A DNA stretch of 64,000 nucleotides, taken from contig OZ241867.1 of assembly GCA_965203175.1 (NCBI GenBank), forward strand, positions 5,856,001 through 5,920,000, in the 5' to 3' direction. Position 1 is the first letter of the stretch; each line of letters begins with the position of its first letter. This DNA is from Candidatus Latescibacterota bacterium (GTDB lineage Bacteria > Latescibacterota > UBA2968 > UBA8231). The translations under genes and the position numbers were made by a program. The notes below the pieces were generated by a model. The model ran no database searches, was not told the origin of the DNA, and saw only the letters and a list, made by a program, of their open reading frames with translations. Positions 45,846-55,072 of the stretch are shown in pieces.

Positions 45846-47519
45846 TCAACCGCCCGCTCTAATTTCCACAAGGGGCAGGGGCGCAGAGTCGTGTGTGCCG
45901 CGATCGGCAACCATCTCGGCAAACGCGATCGGCACCATGCTAACGCGCAAATCCCGCGACTGCACCGGCCGCTCCAAGAACGACGCCATAGCGCTCGGAG
46001 TGAACACGAGGTGATCGATGGCAAAGTCGCGCACCAACTCTTCCAGCTCGCCGACGTGGCCGACCAGCGGACGACCGGCCAGCGGACGACCGCGCTGCTG
46101 GAGAGCCTCTCCCACCACGCCGATCAGATTGCAGTGGGCCATACCTGCCCGCTCTAGCTGTTCGATAAAATCCACTGCAACCGCATCGGTTCCCACTAGC
46201 AAGGTGCGCAACCGGCCCTCGCGGCCGCGCTGGTGCAAAAACCAACGCGCGACGAAGCGCCAACCGGCAATTAACACCGCGTTGCAAAACCACGCCGCGA
46301 CCGCGGCCAGCCGCGAGAAGTTGTATGCCTTAAAGAAGAAAACCAGCATCACGATGAAGGCAAATCCCAGCGTCACCCCCACTACCGACCACGCCACTGA
46401 ATAGCGGCGGCGGTCGTACAGACCCGACATGTAAAACGCCAACAGCCAGACCAAAGTCGAAGCGCCGTACACAGCAGCCCATTGCAAATCCGAGTACGGA
46501 GGCGGCACCAGCCAGCGCGTTGGCTGAGCGGCGAGGCCGAGGAGACTGCCAGCCTGCTCAATGCGGTAGATGAAGGGCACCAGTTCTTGGTGGTAGCGCA
46601 CCGCTAAACCCAGCTTTAGGCCGCAGAGTACCAAACCAGCGTCGATCAGAGGCATGGCCAAGGCGCGGCCCGCCCGGGCGAGGAAGCGGAACATCCCGTG
46701 CAGGGCAATGCCCACTTGCAAGAGCCACAGCGGGAAGAAGCGGTAGCGCCGCGCCATGTGCTTGTTGACAAAAATCGACATGGCCTGGCTCTTGCGGTAG
46801 AGAATTTTCAGGGGCGTCCCCCGGCCGCTCTCGCCGCGAAAGTGAATGATCGCGGTCGTCGGCACGTAGTAGATCTTCCAGCCGGCTTGGTGGAAGCGAT
46901 AGCACCAGTCGATGTCCTCGCCGTACATGAAGTAGTCCTCGTCGAGTAGGCCGACTTGGTCCATAGCCGCCTTTCTCACCATCATGCAGGAACCGGACAG
47001 CACCTCGACCTCGGCCGTCTGTTCGGAGTCGAGATACGTCATATGGTAGTGGGCAATGAGCGGGTGTTTGGGAAAGAGGCGGCTCAGGCCCGACATTTTG
47101 CAGAAGGCAGCCAACGGCGTGGGAAAGCCGCGGCGGCTGTCGAGTTGCAAGGTGCCGTCCGGGTCGAGGATTTTGCACCCGCAGGCTCCGGCTTCAGGGT
47201 GCGCGTCTAAGAACTCTACCATTGTGCGCAGCGCATCTCGGCGCACAATGGTATCGGTGTTGATCAGCAGCGCATATTCTCCAGTCACCTGCCGCAGGGC
47301 CACGTTATTGCCGGCCGCAAAACCCACATTGGCCGCGTTGCAGATCAGCTTCACTTGCGGAAACTCCTCGGCTATCATGTCGGCGCTGCCGTCTGCCGAG
47401 GCATTGTCAACGACGAATATCTCCACCTCTAGTCCCTCGACTGCTGCGAGCACAGAACTCAGGGCTTGGCGAGTCAGATCGCGGGTATTGTAGCTGAGGA
47501 AGACGACGCTCAGTCGCAC
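45846..47519 (-). CDS. GT2 (rhamnosyltransferase-like) fused to TM + Rossmann-like module
   Basis: VDNASADGS, NVGFAAGNN, INTD, FMYGEDIDW; the C-half resembles the non-catalytic part of WcaJ. Confidence 0.85.
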   Translation of the reverse strand: MRLSVVFLSYNTRDLTRQALSSVLAAVEGLEVEIFVVDNASADGSADMIAEEFPQVKLICNAANVGFAAGNNVALRQVTGEYALLINTDTIVRRDALRTMVEFLDAHPEAGACGCKILDPDGTLQLDSRRGFPTPLAAFCKMSGLSRLFPKHPLIAHYHMTYLDSEQTAEVEVLSGSCMMVRKAAMDQVGLLDEDYFMYGEDIDWCYRFHQAGWKIYYVPTTAIIHFRGESGRGTPLKILYRKSQAMSIFVNKHMARRYRFFPLWLLQVGIALHGMFRFLARAGRALAMPLIDAGLVLCGLKLGLAVRYHQELVPFIYRIEQAGSLLGLAAQPTRWLVPPPYSDLQWAAVYGASTLVWLLAFYMSGLYDRRRYSVAWSVVGVTLGFAFIVMLVFFFKAYNFSRLAAVAAWFCNAVLIAGWRFVARWFLHQRGREGRLRTLLVGTDAVAVDFIEQLERAGMAHCNLIGVVGEALQQRGRPLAGRPLVGHVGELEELVRDFAIDHLVFTPSAMASFLERPVQSRDLRVSMVPIAFAEMVADRGTHDSAPLPLVEIRAGG

Positions 47520-48235
47520 GATCTAGCCCCTCGGTGGCGGCCCATGAGCTTGTAGCCGCTGAAGTAGAGTATCTGTTTGGCAAAGAGCAGATGCTCGCGC
47601 AGGTCCAGCTTGCTGGCGCTGAACTGGCGGTTGCGGAAGACAAAAGGCACCGAGCGATGCTGCCGATAGCGGCCCTTGACCAAAATTTCGAGCAAAATTT
47701 TGTAGCCCGAAGACGTGAGTACTAGATCCTGTATCACTTGGCGGCGCAGACAGAAGTAACCCGATAGCGGGTCCTCGGCTCCGGTCAATAGGCGGGCCGC
47801 GCCCACGCCTATTCGCGAAATCAGCTTGCGGTGCCACGCCCACCGTTCGACTCGGCTAGTTTCCCCGAAGCGGCTGCCCATGGCAATATCGCATTCGCGC
47901 AGGCTGTGGACGAGCTCGGGCAGGATCGCCGGGTCGTGGCTCAAGTCGGCGTCTATCACTCCGAGGTATGGCCGCGCCGACTGCGCGAAACCAGCCATCA
48001 CTGCCGACCCCAAACCGAGCTTGCCCGGCCGATGTATTACCTGCACGGGATAGCGGGCCTTCAGCGACTCGGCCACTTCGCCGGTGCCGTCGGGCGAGTT
48101 GTCATCTACCACGATGAGCTCCAAGTCGATATCTGGCTCTCGGCCGACGATCGCGAAGATTTCTTCCGCCAAAAGCGGCAGATTTTCCCGCTCGTTGTAC
48201 GTGGGCGTCACCAGCGAGATCTGCACGGGTTCCAT
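47510..48235 (-). CDS. Polyprenol monophosphomannose synthase (Dpm1-like GT2)
   Basis: PTYNEREN, DDNSPDGT, DADLSH, GSR; start MEPVQI at 48235. Confidence 0.88.
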   Translation of the reverse strand: MEPVQISLVTPTYNERENLPLLAEEIFAIVGREPDIDLELIVVDDNSPDGTGEVAESLKARYPVQVIHRPGKLGLGSAVMAGFAQSARPYLGVIDADLSHDPAILPELVHSLRECDIAMGSRFGETSRVERWAWHRKLISRIGVGAARLLTGAEDPLSGYFCLRRQVIQDLVLTSSGYKILLEILVKGRYRQHRSVPFVFRNRQFSASKLDLREHLLFAKQILYFSGYKLMGRHRGARSCD

Positions 48236-48245
48236 GAGGAGTACG

Positions 48246-49145
48246 CTAGCGGGCAAATTGGGGAAAGTCTCGGCGAAAATGCGGGTCCGCAGCGAGGCAT
48301 TGAAGCCCCTCGGCAAAGCTCAGGGGCCGGCGGCCGAGCGCGGCTTCCAGCGCATCGGTGCGCAAACCGGAGCGCAGGGGACGCGCGGCTGGCAGCCCGG
48401 CTGCGCGGGTCGGCACGGGTTCGATCAACGCGCCGTCAATGCCGAAAAAACAAGCCAGTTCCCGCGCCATCTCCCAGCGCGTCATAAAGGTCGCACCGCC
48501 TACGTGCAACAAGCCTCGCGCCTCTTGGCCGCACAGGGCCACCAAGGCTCGGGCCAAATCGCGGATATAGGTTGGGTTGCCCCGCTGATCGGCAAAGACC
48601 CGCAGGGGCTGGCCACTAGACAGCGACTGCAGCACCCAAGTGAGGAAGTTGGACCCGGCCTGTGGGACATAGCCGTACAGCCACAGGGTCCGCACGACTA
48701 GCACGCGCTCCATTTTCTTTAATATGCCCTCGCTTTCGAGCTTGAGTTGGCCGTAGCAAGACAGCGGATGGGTCGCATCCCCTTCGCCGTAAGGACCGCG
48801 CTTGCCGTCGAAGACGTAATCTGTGGAAATATGGACCAAGCCAGCGCCGGTTGCGCCGCAGACCGCAGCCAAGTTCTCGGGAATATCGACATTGGCTTGC
48901 CGAGCGGGACGCGCGGCCTTTTCGCAGCCATCGACATCGGTCATAGCCGCGGCGTTGATCACCCAATCTGGAGCCAGTTCGGCGACGAGTGCAGTCACGG
49001 CCTTGCGGTCGGCTAGATCGACCTGGCGGTAGGGAATGCCCTCGGCGGAGGACCGACGGCCGCAGCCCATCCACTCGGCTTCCCCTTCCAAGGAAAGCAG
49101 AGTACGGCCCAAAAAGCCGGTGGCACCTGTCACCAAAATTCTCAT
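48246..49145 (-). CDS. rfbD: dTDP-4-dehydrorhamnose reductase
   Basis: GATGFLG, TDVDGCE, ISTDYVFDG, YGQLK, DQ.GNPT; start MRILVT at 49145. Confidence 0.88.
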   Translation of the reverse strand: MRILVTGATGFLGRTLLSLEGEAEWMGCGRRSSAEGIPYRQVDLADRKAVTALVAELAPDWVINAAAMTDVDGCEKAARPARQANVDIPENLAAVCGATGAGLVHISTDYVFDGKRGPYGEGDATHPLSCYGQLKLESEGILKKMERVLVVRTLWLYGYVPQAGSNFLTWVLQSLSSGQPLRVFADQRGNPTYIRDLARALVALCGQEARGLLHVGGATFMTRWEMARELACFFGIDGALIEPVPTRAAGLPAARPLRSGLRTDALEAALGRRPLSFAEGLQCLAADPHFRRDFPQFAR

Positions 49146-50575
49146 AGCGGCGGGCCGTAGAGCAGCAAGGCCCGCGCCCACGAGCTGTGCGCTCGACCGA
49201 GCGACTGTGACAGATGCGGCTCACCGGCCCAGGCGGCCACCCGCTCGGCACGGCCCTGTCGCCCGTAGAACTGAAGAGCGATGGTCTTGCCGCGGTGCGT
49301 CAGGGGGCCAAGGTCAGTGAGGCGATCGTACGATTGTTCCATAAATCGCGCAACCTGCCCGGCGGCTGCGGCAAATCGCGCCTCCCCACTCCACTCGCCC
49401 AACTCCCACAGAGCCAATGCCGCCAAGGCTTGATCGACGAGCAGGCCGACACTGCCCTCGGTTTCTGAGTCGCAGACGTGCCGCACCCGACCACGATCGT
49501 CAATACAGCGGCTGACGAGCGCGTCGCCAGCTTGCAGGGCCACCTGAGCGGCGCGGTCGTCGCCTAGGGCGGTGGCAGCAGCTAGATAGGCTCGTATCAG
49601 GGCCGCTTGGCGGTCGGCGTAGAGCGTGGGGTCAGTCCACCAAGTGTCAGCCATGACTTGGCGGCCGCGAAACGCGCCCTCGGCTGCATCAAAGAGCGAG
49701 TCCTCGACAAAGCTAAGTATCGCCCTAGCCGACTCGGCGTAGCGGGGCTGGTCGGCCTCCAGTAACAGATGCAGCATGGCCGCCTGATCGAGGGCATCCC
49801 GCTCACTCGCAGGCGCACTCCAATCCGGCGCGTACGAATACGCCCGAAAACCACCACTGTCGCCGAGCGGCGAGGCAAGTACTGCGTCCAAGCTAGCCAA
49901 AGCCATCTGTCGAGCGGATGCTGTGCCCCGCGCCTCGGCATAGACGAGCAGGAAACGCAATACCGAAGTCTCGAGAAATTTAGTCGGGCCGCCGAAGCCG
50001 CCGTGGGCCGAGTCAAAGGCGGCCGTGCACGCGCGATAAACACCATCTATTGCAAAGGGTCTCTCAACCTTGGAACGAGTGGCCGCGCGCTGCACCTTGG
50101 CGACGATCACTGCGCGCTTTTCCTCGTAGGCCGTGCGCAACCGGCGCAAATAAGACTCGACGTTGGCTGGCGGAATATCCACGGCCCGCGCGAAAACCCG
50201 CCCGTTCGGCAGGGCCACTACTAGGGCCGGCCAACCACCACTGTCGTAGTGCTGTGCAATGTCCGGCCGCTTGAATGGATCGACCTGCACGCTGACGAAT
50301 TTCTCGGCGACCAGTTGACGCAACGCCGGCGTTGGCGCGGGAAACAGGCCTTCGCATCCCGGGGCGGCCAAATACACCAATATGGGATTATTTTCGCTTT
50401 GAGCGCGCGCGAACAAAGATTCATCCCAAGTGCCCCAAGGCATCTCGCCATCAGTCCACTGCCACTCGGCCAAAGTCGGCTGCTCGCTGCGGGCCACCTC
50501 TTGCGGCGGCTCTTCGGTGGCGGCACACCCAGCCAACACTAGCAGCGCCAGCAGCTTGGCCTTAGATTGACACAT
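49142..50575 (-). CDS. YyaL/DUF255-like (thioredoxin + alpha/alpha barrel) lipoprotein
   Basis: LVLAGC lipobox; W....F.RA..EN.PI, GGWP, HGGFGG.TKF, GGF..YS....W motifs. Confidence 0.75.
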   Translation of the reverse strand: MCQSKAKLLALLVLAGCAATEEPPQEVARSEQPTLAEWQWTDGEMPWGTWDESLFARAQSENNPILVYLAAPGCEGLFPAPTPALRQLVAEKFVSVQVDPFKRPDIAQHYDSGGWPALVVALPNGRVFARAVDIPPANVESYLRRLRTAYEEKRAVIVAKVQRAATRSKVERPFAIDGVYRACTAAFDSAHGGFGGPTKFLETSVLRFLLVYAEARGTASARQMALASLDAVLASPLGDSGGFRAYSYAPDWSAPASERDALDQAAMLHLLLEADQPRYAESARAILSFVEDSLFDAAEGAFRGRQVMADTWWTDPTLYADRQAALIRAYLAAATALGDDRAAQVALQAGDALVSRCIDDRGRVRHVCDSETEGSVGLLVDQALAALALWELGEWSGEARFAAAAGQVARFMEQSYDRLTDLGPLTHRGKTIALQFYGRQGRAERVAAWAGEPHLSQSLGRAHSSWARALLLYGPPL

Positions 50576-50734
50576 CTCTTTTATATTCAATGAGTTCGGG
50601 GTTATTTACAAAGGCCGCTTAATGTACGGCATGCCTCTGTGAGCGTCAAGCAGGTCCCAAGGAGCGGGCTTTTTGTCTCGGGTAGTTTGGCCTATGTTTT
50701 GCTTTTTACATCTATAAAATATGAGGAGTACGCT

Positions 50735-51718
50735 ATGAATCCACTCGAAAAAGCCACCCTCGGCAGCAGCGGCCTGCGCGTCACGCGCCTCGGCTTGGGT
50801 TGCGCCTCCATCGGCGGCCTATACGGCGACATACCAGACGACCAAGCCGTCTCCGTCGTGCACTGCGCCTTGTCTCTGGGGCTGAACCTCTTAGACACTG
50901 CACCACTGTACGGGGCGGGCAAAAGCGAAATCCGCCTCGGGCAAGCCCTCGTGGGCGTGCCACGCGACAGCTATGTGCTCGCGTCCAAAGTAGGGCGCGT
51001 CTTGGTCCCCACCCAACAAGATCAACAGATCGGCGCGTTTGAGGACTCGGCCCCGTACCAACCCGTGTTCGACTTCAGTTACGACGGCGTCATGCGCTCC
51101 TTTGCAGACAGCCTCAAACGCCTAGGCGTAGATCGCATCGACATTCTCCACATCCACGACCCGGACAACCACTGGCAGGAAGCCATCGACGGAGCTTATC
51201 CCGCGCTCGATAAGCTGCGCGGCGAAGGCGTCATCCGCGCCGTCAGTGCGGGCATGAACCAATGGGAAATGCTGGCCCGCTTTGCCCGCGAGGGCGATTT
51301 CGACTGCTTCCTCCTCGCCGGACGCTACAGCTTGCTCGACCAAGGTGCACTCGACGAACTCTTGCCGCTGTGCGTGGAAAAAAACATCGGCATCATGGCC
51401 GGCGGCACGTACAACAGCGGCATCTTGGCCAAAGGCGCGCGCCCGGGCGCGACGTACAACTACCGAGAAGCGCCGCCCGAAATCGCGGCTAGGGCCAAGT
51501 CCCTAGAGGCCGTGGCCGCTCGCCACCAAGTCGATCTGCGGGCCGCGGCCTCGCAATTCGTCTTCGCCCATCCGGCCATCACCTGCATCATCCCCGGGAC
51601 GCGGCAACCCGAGCGAGTGCAAGAGAATTTCGACTTGCTCACGCAGGAGATTCCCGCCTCGTTTTGGGCCGAACTCCGCGACGAAGGCCTAGTCCGCGAC
51701 GACGCCCCGCTGCCGTGA
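50735..51718 (+). CDS. Aldo/keto reductase (D-threo-aldose/L-fucose dehydrogenase-like)
   Basis: DTAPLYG, SKVGR, FDFSYDG, IHDPD, AGRYSLL; GAGGAG RBS before ATG 50735. Confidence 0.88.
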   Translation: MNPLEKATLGSSGLRVTRLGLGCASIGGLYGDIPDDQAVSVVHCALSLGLNLLDTAPLYGAGKSEIRLGQALVGVPRDSYVLASKVGRVLVPTQQDQQIGAFEDSAPYQPVFDFSYDGVMRSFADSLKRLGVDRIDILHIHDPDNHWQEAIDGAYPALDKLRGEGVIRAVSAGMNQWEMLARFAREGDFDCFLLAGRYSLLDQGALDELLPLCVEKNIGIMAGGTYNSGILAKGARPGATYNYREAPPEIAARAKSLEAVAARHQVDLRAAASQFVFAHPAITCIIPGTRQPERVQENFDLLTQEIPASFWAELRDEGLVRDDAPLP

Positions 51719-51742
51719 GCTACTTGAGCAAGGGCAAAGGAC

Positions 51743-53368
51743 CTATTGCTTGAGAAAACGCAGCACATACGTCGGCACCACCGGGTCGTGCCACACCACC
51801 TGGAAGCGGCTTTCGTATTCCTTAATGGCCGGATACAGGTATTGTCCCGTCTGCGGAAAACCAAGACTTTCCAGCACGACGTAATCTACCTTTTCGCGCT
51901 CCATATGGGCCAGCACTTTTGCCGGTTCGTCAAAGGGGAAGCCGACGCAGCGCCGGCCCGAGACGATGTACATCCAGTAGCCCTTGCGGCACAGTACGAT
52001 GGCGTCTTCCGAGGCGTTGGCTTTGAGCCATTGACCAGCCTGATAGTAGCGGAGCCAAGGCGGGGGATAGTCAGCGGCAGCGTAATCGGCTAGGCGCTTG
52101 ATGCCGCCAATTTGACCGCTGACGCATACCAGAAAGCAGCCCCACACCACGAGCCTGCCGACATGACCTCCGGCCAGTCTGTCGCGAATTTGCAAAACGG
52201 CCCAGACTCCCAACAAGACGAGCATCGGCACAATAGGCACTAGAAAGCGATCCCCGGGCCAGGGCCACAGCAACACGATCCCTATGAAGAAGGCCGCGTA
52301 GAGTAGGAGCAGTAGGTGTTCGCCGCGCTTGATACAAAACACCGTCGCAGCGACAGCAAGCGCGATTAGCAACAAGGGCGCGGGATGGAAAATCGTCTCA
52401 GTGCCGTCAAAAAAAGGCACTAGCGTATTGGGCAATTCCCCCGTCAGATAGCGATATGCATGGCCGATAAAGCGCTCGACAAAGCCACCCACGTCGAGCA
52501 GGCCTCGCTCTGGGTGGTAGGGATTGACCATGAAAAACTGCTTGATATAGACGCTGCCGCCGCCTACCGCCTGGTTGCGCAATGTCCACGGCAGCCAGCA
52601 GACAAACGCCGCGCCGCTAAAGAGCAAACACCGCCGAAAATCGCGCCGAAGCAACAGATAGACCACCACAGCCGCCACCAGCGCGATCCCAACCGTGCGG
52701 ATGTAGTACGCCCAAATGGTGCAGGCGAATCCGCCGATGAGCCACCAGTTTCCCTTGAGACCCTCGCGCCCAACGCCCCGTTCGACAAGCCACAGTGCCA
52801 AAAGCGAAAAGGTCAGATAGGGCACTTCGGACATGACTTGGTGTGCGTAGTGCAGCAGCAGCGGGCCGTAGACTGCGCCGGTCGGCCCGTGCGTCAAATA
52901 GCTCTTGCCGAGCACAACGCTCAACGCTACCACTGCTAGGCCGGGCAAGACACCCACTCGCTCCTTGGCCAATTGGTAGAGCACCCCCATCCCCAATGCA
53001 AAGAGCACCAGCATCCAAACCTTCATCGGCACCCACTCGCCGGGAAAAGCCCACGCCAAAGGAGCCAGCAAAAGGGGAAAGCCAAAAGGGTACTTGGTCG
53101 CTGGCTTGGGGTCGGGCGCGTTGATGTGCAAAAGCCCCTCGCCTTGGGCCAGACTGCGCGCCAGGGTGATGAATTCGGCGTTGTCGCCGCTGAGGGAAAG
53201 TTTGGCGTCGAAGGTCCAGATCCCTAGGAGGAATGTCGCCGCGATGATAAAAAAGGGAACCCGAGGCGTTTCCAATAACCCGACTATGCGCGTGCCGATA
53301 TCCGCTTTGAGATCCTGCTGCTCAGATTTTTTAGGCACTGCTTTCTTTTTTCGGGAGGATGCCTTCAT
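51743..53368 (-). CDS. GT-C (ArnT/PMT-like) membrane glycosyltransferase
   Basis: GDNAEF...ARSL, YPFGFPLLL, SEVPY, RFLVP; more than 10 TMs. Confidence 0.8.
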   Translation of the reverse strand: MKASSRKKKAVPKKSEQQDLKADIGTRIVGLLETPRVPFFIIAATFLLGIWTFDAKLSLSGDNAEFITLARSLAQGEGLLHINAPDPKPATKYPFGFPLLLAPLAWAFPGEWVPMKVWMLVLFALGMGVLYQLAKERVGVLPGLAVVALSVVLGKSYLTHGPTGAVYGPLLLHYAHQVMSEVPYLTFSLLALWLVERGVGREGLKGNWWLIGGFACTIWAYYIRTVGIALVAAVVVYLLLRRDFRRCLLFSGAAFVCWLPWTLRNQAVGGGSVYIKQFFMVNPYHPERGLLDVGGFVERFIGHAYRYLTGELPNTLVPFFDGTETIFHPAPLLLIALAVAATVFCIKRGEHLLLLLYAAFFIGIVLLWPWPGDRFLVPIVPMLVLLGVWAVLQIRDRLAGGHVGRLVVWGCFLVCVSGQIGGIKRLADYAAADYPPPWLRYYQAGQWLKANASEDAIVLCRKGYWMYIVSGRRCVGFPFDEPAKVLAHMEREKVDYVVLESLGFPQTGQYLYPAIKEYESRFQVVWHDPVVPTYVLRFLKQ

Positions 53369-53378
53369 GGATAAACAC

Positions 53379-54080
53379 TCACGAACTATCTACCCTGCGT
53401 CCGATTTTAAAGGGTATGAATAGTACGTAAAATAAAACGAGTGCCACGCCGTCGAGGATTGGGATATACCACGGCCACGGGGCAAAGAAAAACGGCGACT
53501 GGGTAACGGGCGGGCGGCTGAGGAACATATAGTTGCTCCCCAGCGCCCAATTGACGCCGAACGCGACAATAGCCAAAAGATTGAGCAGCGCGAAGGCGCG
53601 AAGTACGGACCTGGCCGTCGGTCGCATGCCGAGGCCCCAAGTTGCGAATAGCGCGCCGGCGACGATGCCGCCGTGCGCGATGAAATATTGAAAGAAGCGA
53701 TACGCTGGATAGTCAGCCACGAGCGGCGGCGTGACGACGGCATTGGTCGCGCCGGCAAGTCCCCAAAAGTAAGCGATTTCATACGCCGTCTGGCAGCGGA
53801 ATATGAGCGCGGCAGCGACGGCGAACACGGTAATGCTACAAACGTGCAACGGCAGGTACCACCGTGCGAACTCGTGCGGGCCGACCATCGCCAAGCGCTG
53901 TCCCCAGGGCAGGAGCTCGTTGAGTAGGAGCACGCCCGCGAATGCGCCGCAAACGGCTTGAGTCGCCTTTGCCGAATTGAGCCGCTTGACGACGATGGTC
54001 AAGAGGATCGGCAAGGCCAGCGTCACACCCATCGCGGTGATGTGGGGAAAGCCGAGAAACTCGAACTGGCTTGCAGACAT
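53379..54080 (-). CDS. YwaF/TIGR02206-family membrane protein
   Basis: LPLHVCS, YFWG, TP, YFIAH, GSNYMFL..PP, PWPWY. Confidence 0.82.
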   Translation of the reverse strand: MSASQFEFLGFPHITAMGVTLALPILLTIVVKRLNSAKATQAVCGAFAGVLLLNELLPWGQRLAMVGPHEFARWYLPLHVCSITVFAVAAALIFRCQTAYEIAYFWGLAGATNAVVTPPLVADYPAYRFFQYFIAHGGIVAGALFATWGLGMRPTARSVLRAFALLNLLAIVAFGVNWALGSNYMFLSRPPVTQSPFFFAPWPWYIPILDGVALVLFYVLFIPFKIGRRVDSS

Positions 54081-54123
54081 CGCATCTCATCGCTTGCACT
54101 CGGGCAGATTGCAAAACCACTTT

Positions 54124-54933
54124 TCAGTACTTCTCATCGACAAAGTTCAACTTGCTGTGAGGCGGGCGCTGGTACTCGCCGTGGGATGGGCGCGGCGGCA
54201 GCTTGATCTTTTTCGGCATCACGTCCTCGTAGGACAGTTGCCTGAGAATGTGCGCAATGCAGTTGAGACGCGCCCGGCGCTTGTCGTCGGCCTCGACCGT
54301 GTACCAAGGCGCTTCGGGAATGTCCGTGTAGAAAAACGCCTCGTCTTTGGCCTTGGAGTACTCGACCCACATGTTCCGCGACTTGAGGTCTATGTCGCTG
54401 AGCTTCCAGTGCTTGAGCGGATTCCGGGCGCGCTCTTGAAAGCGGCTCTCTTGCTCTTCCTCGCTCACCGAGAGCCAATACTTGAGCAAGATGATCCCCG
54501 AGCGCACCAGCATGCGCTCGAACTCCGGGCACGAATGGAGGAATTCCCAATACTCCTCCTCGGTGCAAAAGCCCATCACCCGCTCGACGCCGCTGCGGTT
54601 GTACCAACTGCGGTCGAAAACCACAATCTCGCCCGCAGCCGGCAGGTGGGCTACGTAACGCTGGAAGTACCACTGGGTGCGCTCGCGGTCTGAGGGAGTA
54701 CCCAAGGCCACCACGCGCGCGCCACGCGGATTGAGCGGCTCGGTGATGCGCTTAATAGTCCCGCCTTTGCCGGCCGTGTCGCGTCCCTCAAAGACGATCA
54801 CAACCCGCAAACCCTGGTCCTTGATCCAGTGCTGCAACTTGACCAATTCGTGGTGCAGCTTGGCCAACTCGCGCTCGTAGTCTTTCCTCTTCATCTTCGC
54901 CGACTTGGAGGCTTTTTTAGTTTTCATCCCCAA
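54124..54933 (-). CDS. ppk2: Polyphosphate kinase 2
   Basis: FEGRDTAGKGG, WYFQRY, FDRSWYNR, WKLS, DDKRRAR. Confidence 0.95.
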   Translation of the reverse strand: MGMKTKKASKSAKMKRKDYERELAKLHHELVKLQHWIKDQGLRVVIVFEGRDTAGKGGTIKRITEPLNPRGARVVALGTPSDRERTQWYFQRYVAHLPAAGEIVVFDRSWYNRSGVERVMGFCTEEEYWEFLHSCPEFERMLVRSGIILLKYWLSVSEEEQESRFQERARNPLKHWKLSDIDLKSRNMWVEYSKAKDEAFFYTDIPEAPWYTVEADDKRRARLNCIAHILRQLSYEDVMPKKIKLPPRPSHGEYQRPPHSKLNFVDEKY

Positions 54934-55072
54934 TCTCCATCGCTTGCAGTTCGCCGTTCAAAAAAACGTACACAAGGCCGCAGCGCGAGAAAAACCTGCC
55001 CCGCCTCATCTTGCTCGGCCCCAACCGGCCCTGTATCTTGTCGCGCACACTGCTTAACCAACAAGGACCATT

